This document shows positions 62,332 through 64,000 of a stretch of 64,000 nt of DNA, piece after piece. A program made the position numbers and the translations under genes. The DNA comes from Phoronis australis (lineage: Eukaryota > Animalia > Phoronida): the NCBI GenBank assembly GCA_002633005.1, contig NMRA01000535.1, positions 197,169 through 261,168 on the forward strand. Reading direction: 5' to 3'. How positions within the stretch are numbered: position 1 is the stretch's first letter; every line of letters starts with the position of its first letter. The notes beneath the pieces are model-generated. The model saw nothing but the letters and a program-made list of their open reading frames with translations. It was not told where the DNA came from and did not search any database.

Positions 62332-63232
62332 ACTAAGATCGAACCATTGCTATTGTACACCTTTGTACAGTGCGGTTCAATGGTGGGTGAAGTGAAGTTT
62401 GCGGCGTTTTTACCAAAATATTCACGTGCACATTATTTCCTTTGGCAACTCCGGCAGCCGACTAACCCCGGCCGGCTGGTTGATGTTCCGAATGGAGTCT
62501 TCACTCCCAGCCGCCGGCGACGGGCTTCATCGGGTTAATACGACTATTCTGTGTGTTTAGAACTGACAAAAACGCAAGTCTATGACACGGATATGCTCTC
62601 CTGTCTGATTTATCACCGAACAGATCCAAACTTCCCGCGACTGGACCTCGGTAAGTTGACTTAACGAATTTTGTAGGCTGATTGAGGGTACGTTCAAAAT
62701 TTCTATAAATCCGTAAACAGCGAAATTTGTTTAAAAAACCAATATATTTGTAAAGAATTTGCATCGAAATTTTTATGATTGGTGTAAAGCGATGAAGTGA
62801 CACCAGTATGCTTGAACTGCTAAACAGACTGTGTGACGTCATTGGCTAATTTCAGCACCTCCGTCTGGTGTCAGGTAAAAGAACTGAACTGACTCCGCGC
62901 CGCGCTCTCTTTCCTGGTAAAAACCGCTCAGAATGACGAACGGTGAAGCTTCCGCATAACCTTAGAAATGCGTGACTTGTAAGCGTGTTATTTACGGTAT
63001 GGCAAACCCCGGAAATTGGTTTTCTGATATGAATTTTTTTAAAAAAGTAACACATTTCACATTTTCAGGATGGACTTGAGCTGCCCTCACCTCGTCAAAA
63101 ACTTACTAGGTAGTGACCGCCCATCCTCCCTTGTATATTGTCCTTTTATCTCGTCAGTGTGCCTGTCCGGAAAAGTGGCTTCGAGGACTTATTTATTACA
63201 GGTTCCAAGTTGGAACCCGAGCTCCCTTATTT

Positions 63233-63312
63233 ATATATGTGTGTGTGTGTGTGTGTGCCGTGTGTGTGTGTGTGTGTGGAAATTAGAGTCATCACTCAAC
63301 AGTAAGTCTTTG

Positions 63313-63346
<34 letters not shown>

Positions 63347-63690
63347 GTTTATATGCAGATGTGGGGTTATTATGTGAAACCTTGAAGTGGGGTAAAATTT
63401 TGAGACCTTGTTCCGGGGTATATATAAAATATATAGCCCGCAACTATATATGCCCCATTGGGTATATGCCCCGGAACAATATATATCCCGCAACTATATA
63501 TACCTCACTAGGTATATGCCCCAGTACAATATATAGCCCGCAAGTATATATGTCCCGTTAGGTGTATACAATATATAGCCTGCAACTTTATATGTCCCAT
63601 TAGATATATGCCCCACTACATTATATATCCCGGTTTTCCACTGTTCTTACAATCCACCCAATATACAAGCCCCGCAACTACATGTATGTA
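63233..63690. repeat. (TG)n and (TA)n microsatellites plus degenerate ATATAGCCCGCAACTATATATGCCCC-type tandem repeats
   Basis: Direct inspection; the GC-cored repeat may be a TE subterminal array. Confidence 0.75.
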
Positions 63691-64000
63691 TGTGTCACAT
63701 TCGGTTAAAGTCTTTCTGTGCCAAAATACACTCCTCCAAAGACCACTTTAATATCATGTATGCGTCTATAACAGATTTCATCACTTTCAAACTTAGAAAT
63801 GTATGATGCTTTTATCTGTTTATTATTCTGAAACGTGAGCAGATGACACTATCTGTGTCAGGTTCTACGGTATAAGTTGATACCTTTGATAAAAATACAC
63901 TTCAACAAATACGTTGACACCATTGTGAATGACATTCTTGCTCAATTCGCCAACAAAAACTCTCACAGATGAACATTTAACCATTTATTGATCTTGCACA

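Noticed and set aside
63070-63561. 163-aa ORF
   Set aside because: Kept open by (TG)n, (TA)n and tandem repeats; low complexity.

Overview
Eukaryotic (metazoan, most likely marine invertebrate; the organism is inferred) genomic DNA. It is AT-rich, with one 402-N gap (8996-9397) and several single-N joins. The left 47 kb holds the minus-strand ciliary gene WDR19/IFT144 (IFT-A). I traced 30 coding exons with canonical GT-AG borders and consistent phases, from the 6-nt ATG-AAG exon at 46974-46979 to the exon at 50-173 (3840 nt, 1280 codons). The last exon(s) lie left of the window. Head-to-head with it, 720 bp between start codons, is an intronless BOK-like BCL-2 family CDS (47700-48344, 214 aa). 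The shared interval has NRF1-, ETS- and X-box-like motifs. Further right are a decayed Academ-type DNA transposon (54251-59021, 3-bp TSD) and, 37 bp beyond it, a tRNA-Leu(AAG) gene. The WDR19 introns carry a dead L1/Tx1 LINE, CAGGG/CAGTG-ended TIR elements with 5-6 bp TSDs, CCGTA-ended Tc1/mariner-type elements, Helentron/DINE-like elements with arrays of CTCF-like motifs, and many minisatellites, several sitting on splice sites. I see no CRISPR, rRNA or clearly new multi-gene system. The best leads are the WDR19/BOK-like bidirectional pair, the splice-donor VNTR, the non-8-bp-TSD hAT-like elements, the CTCF-motif arrays and the Academ-tRNA adjacency.
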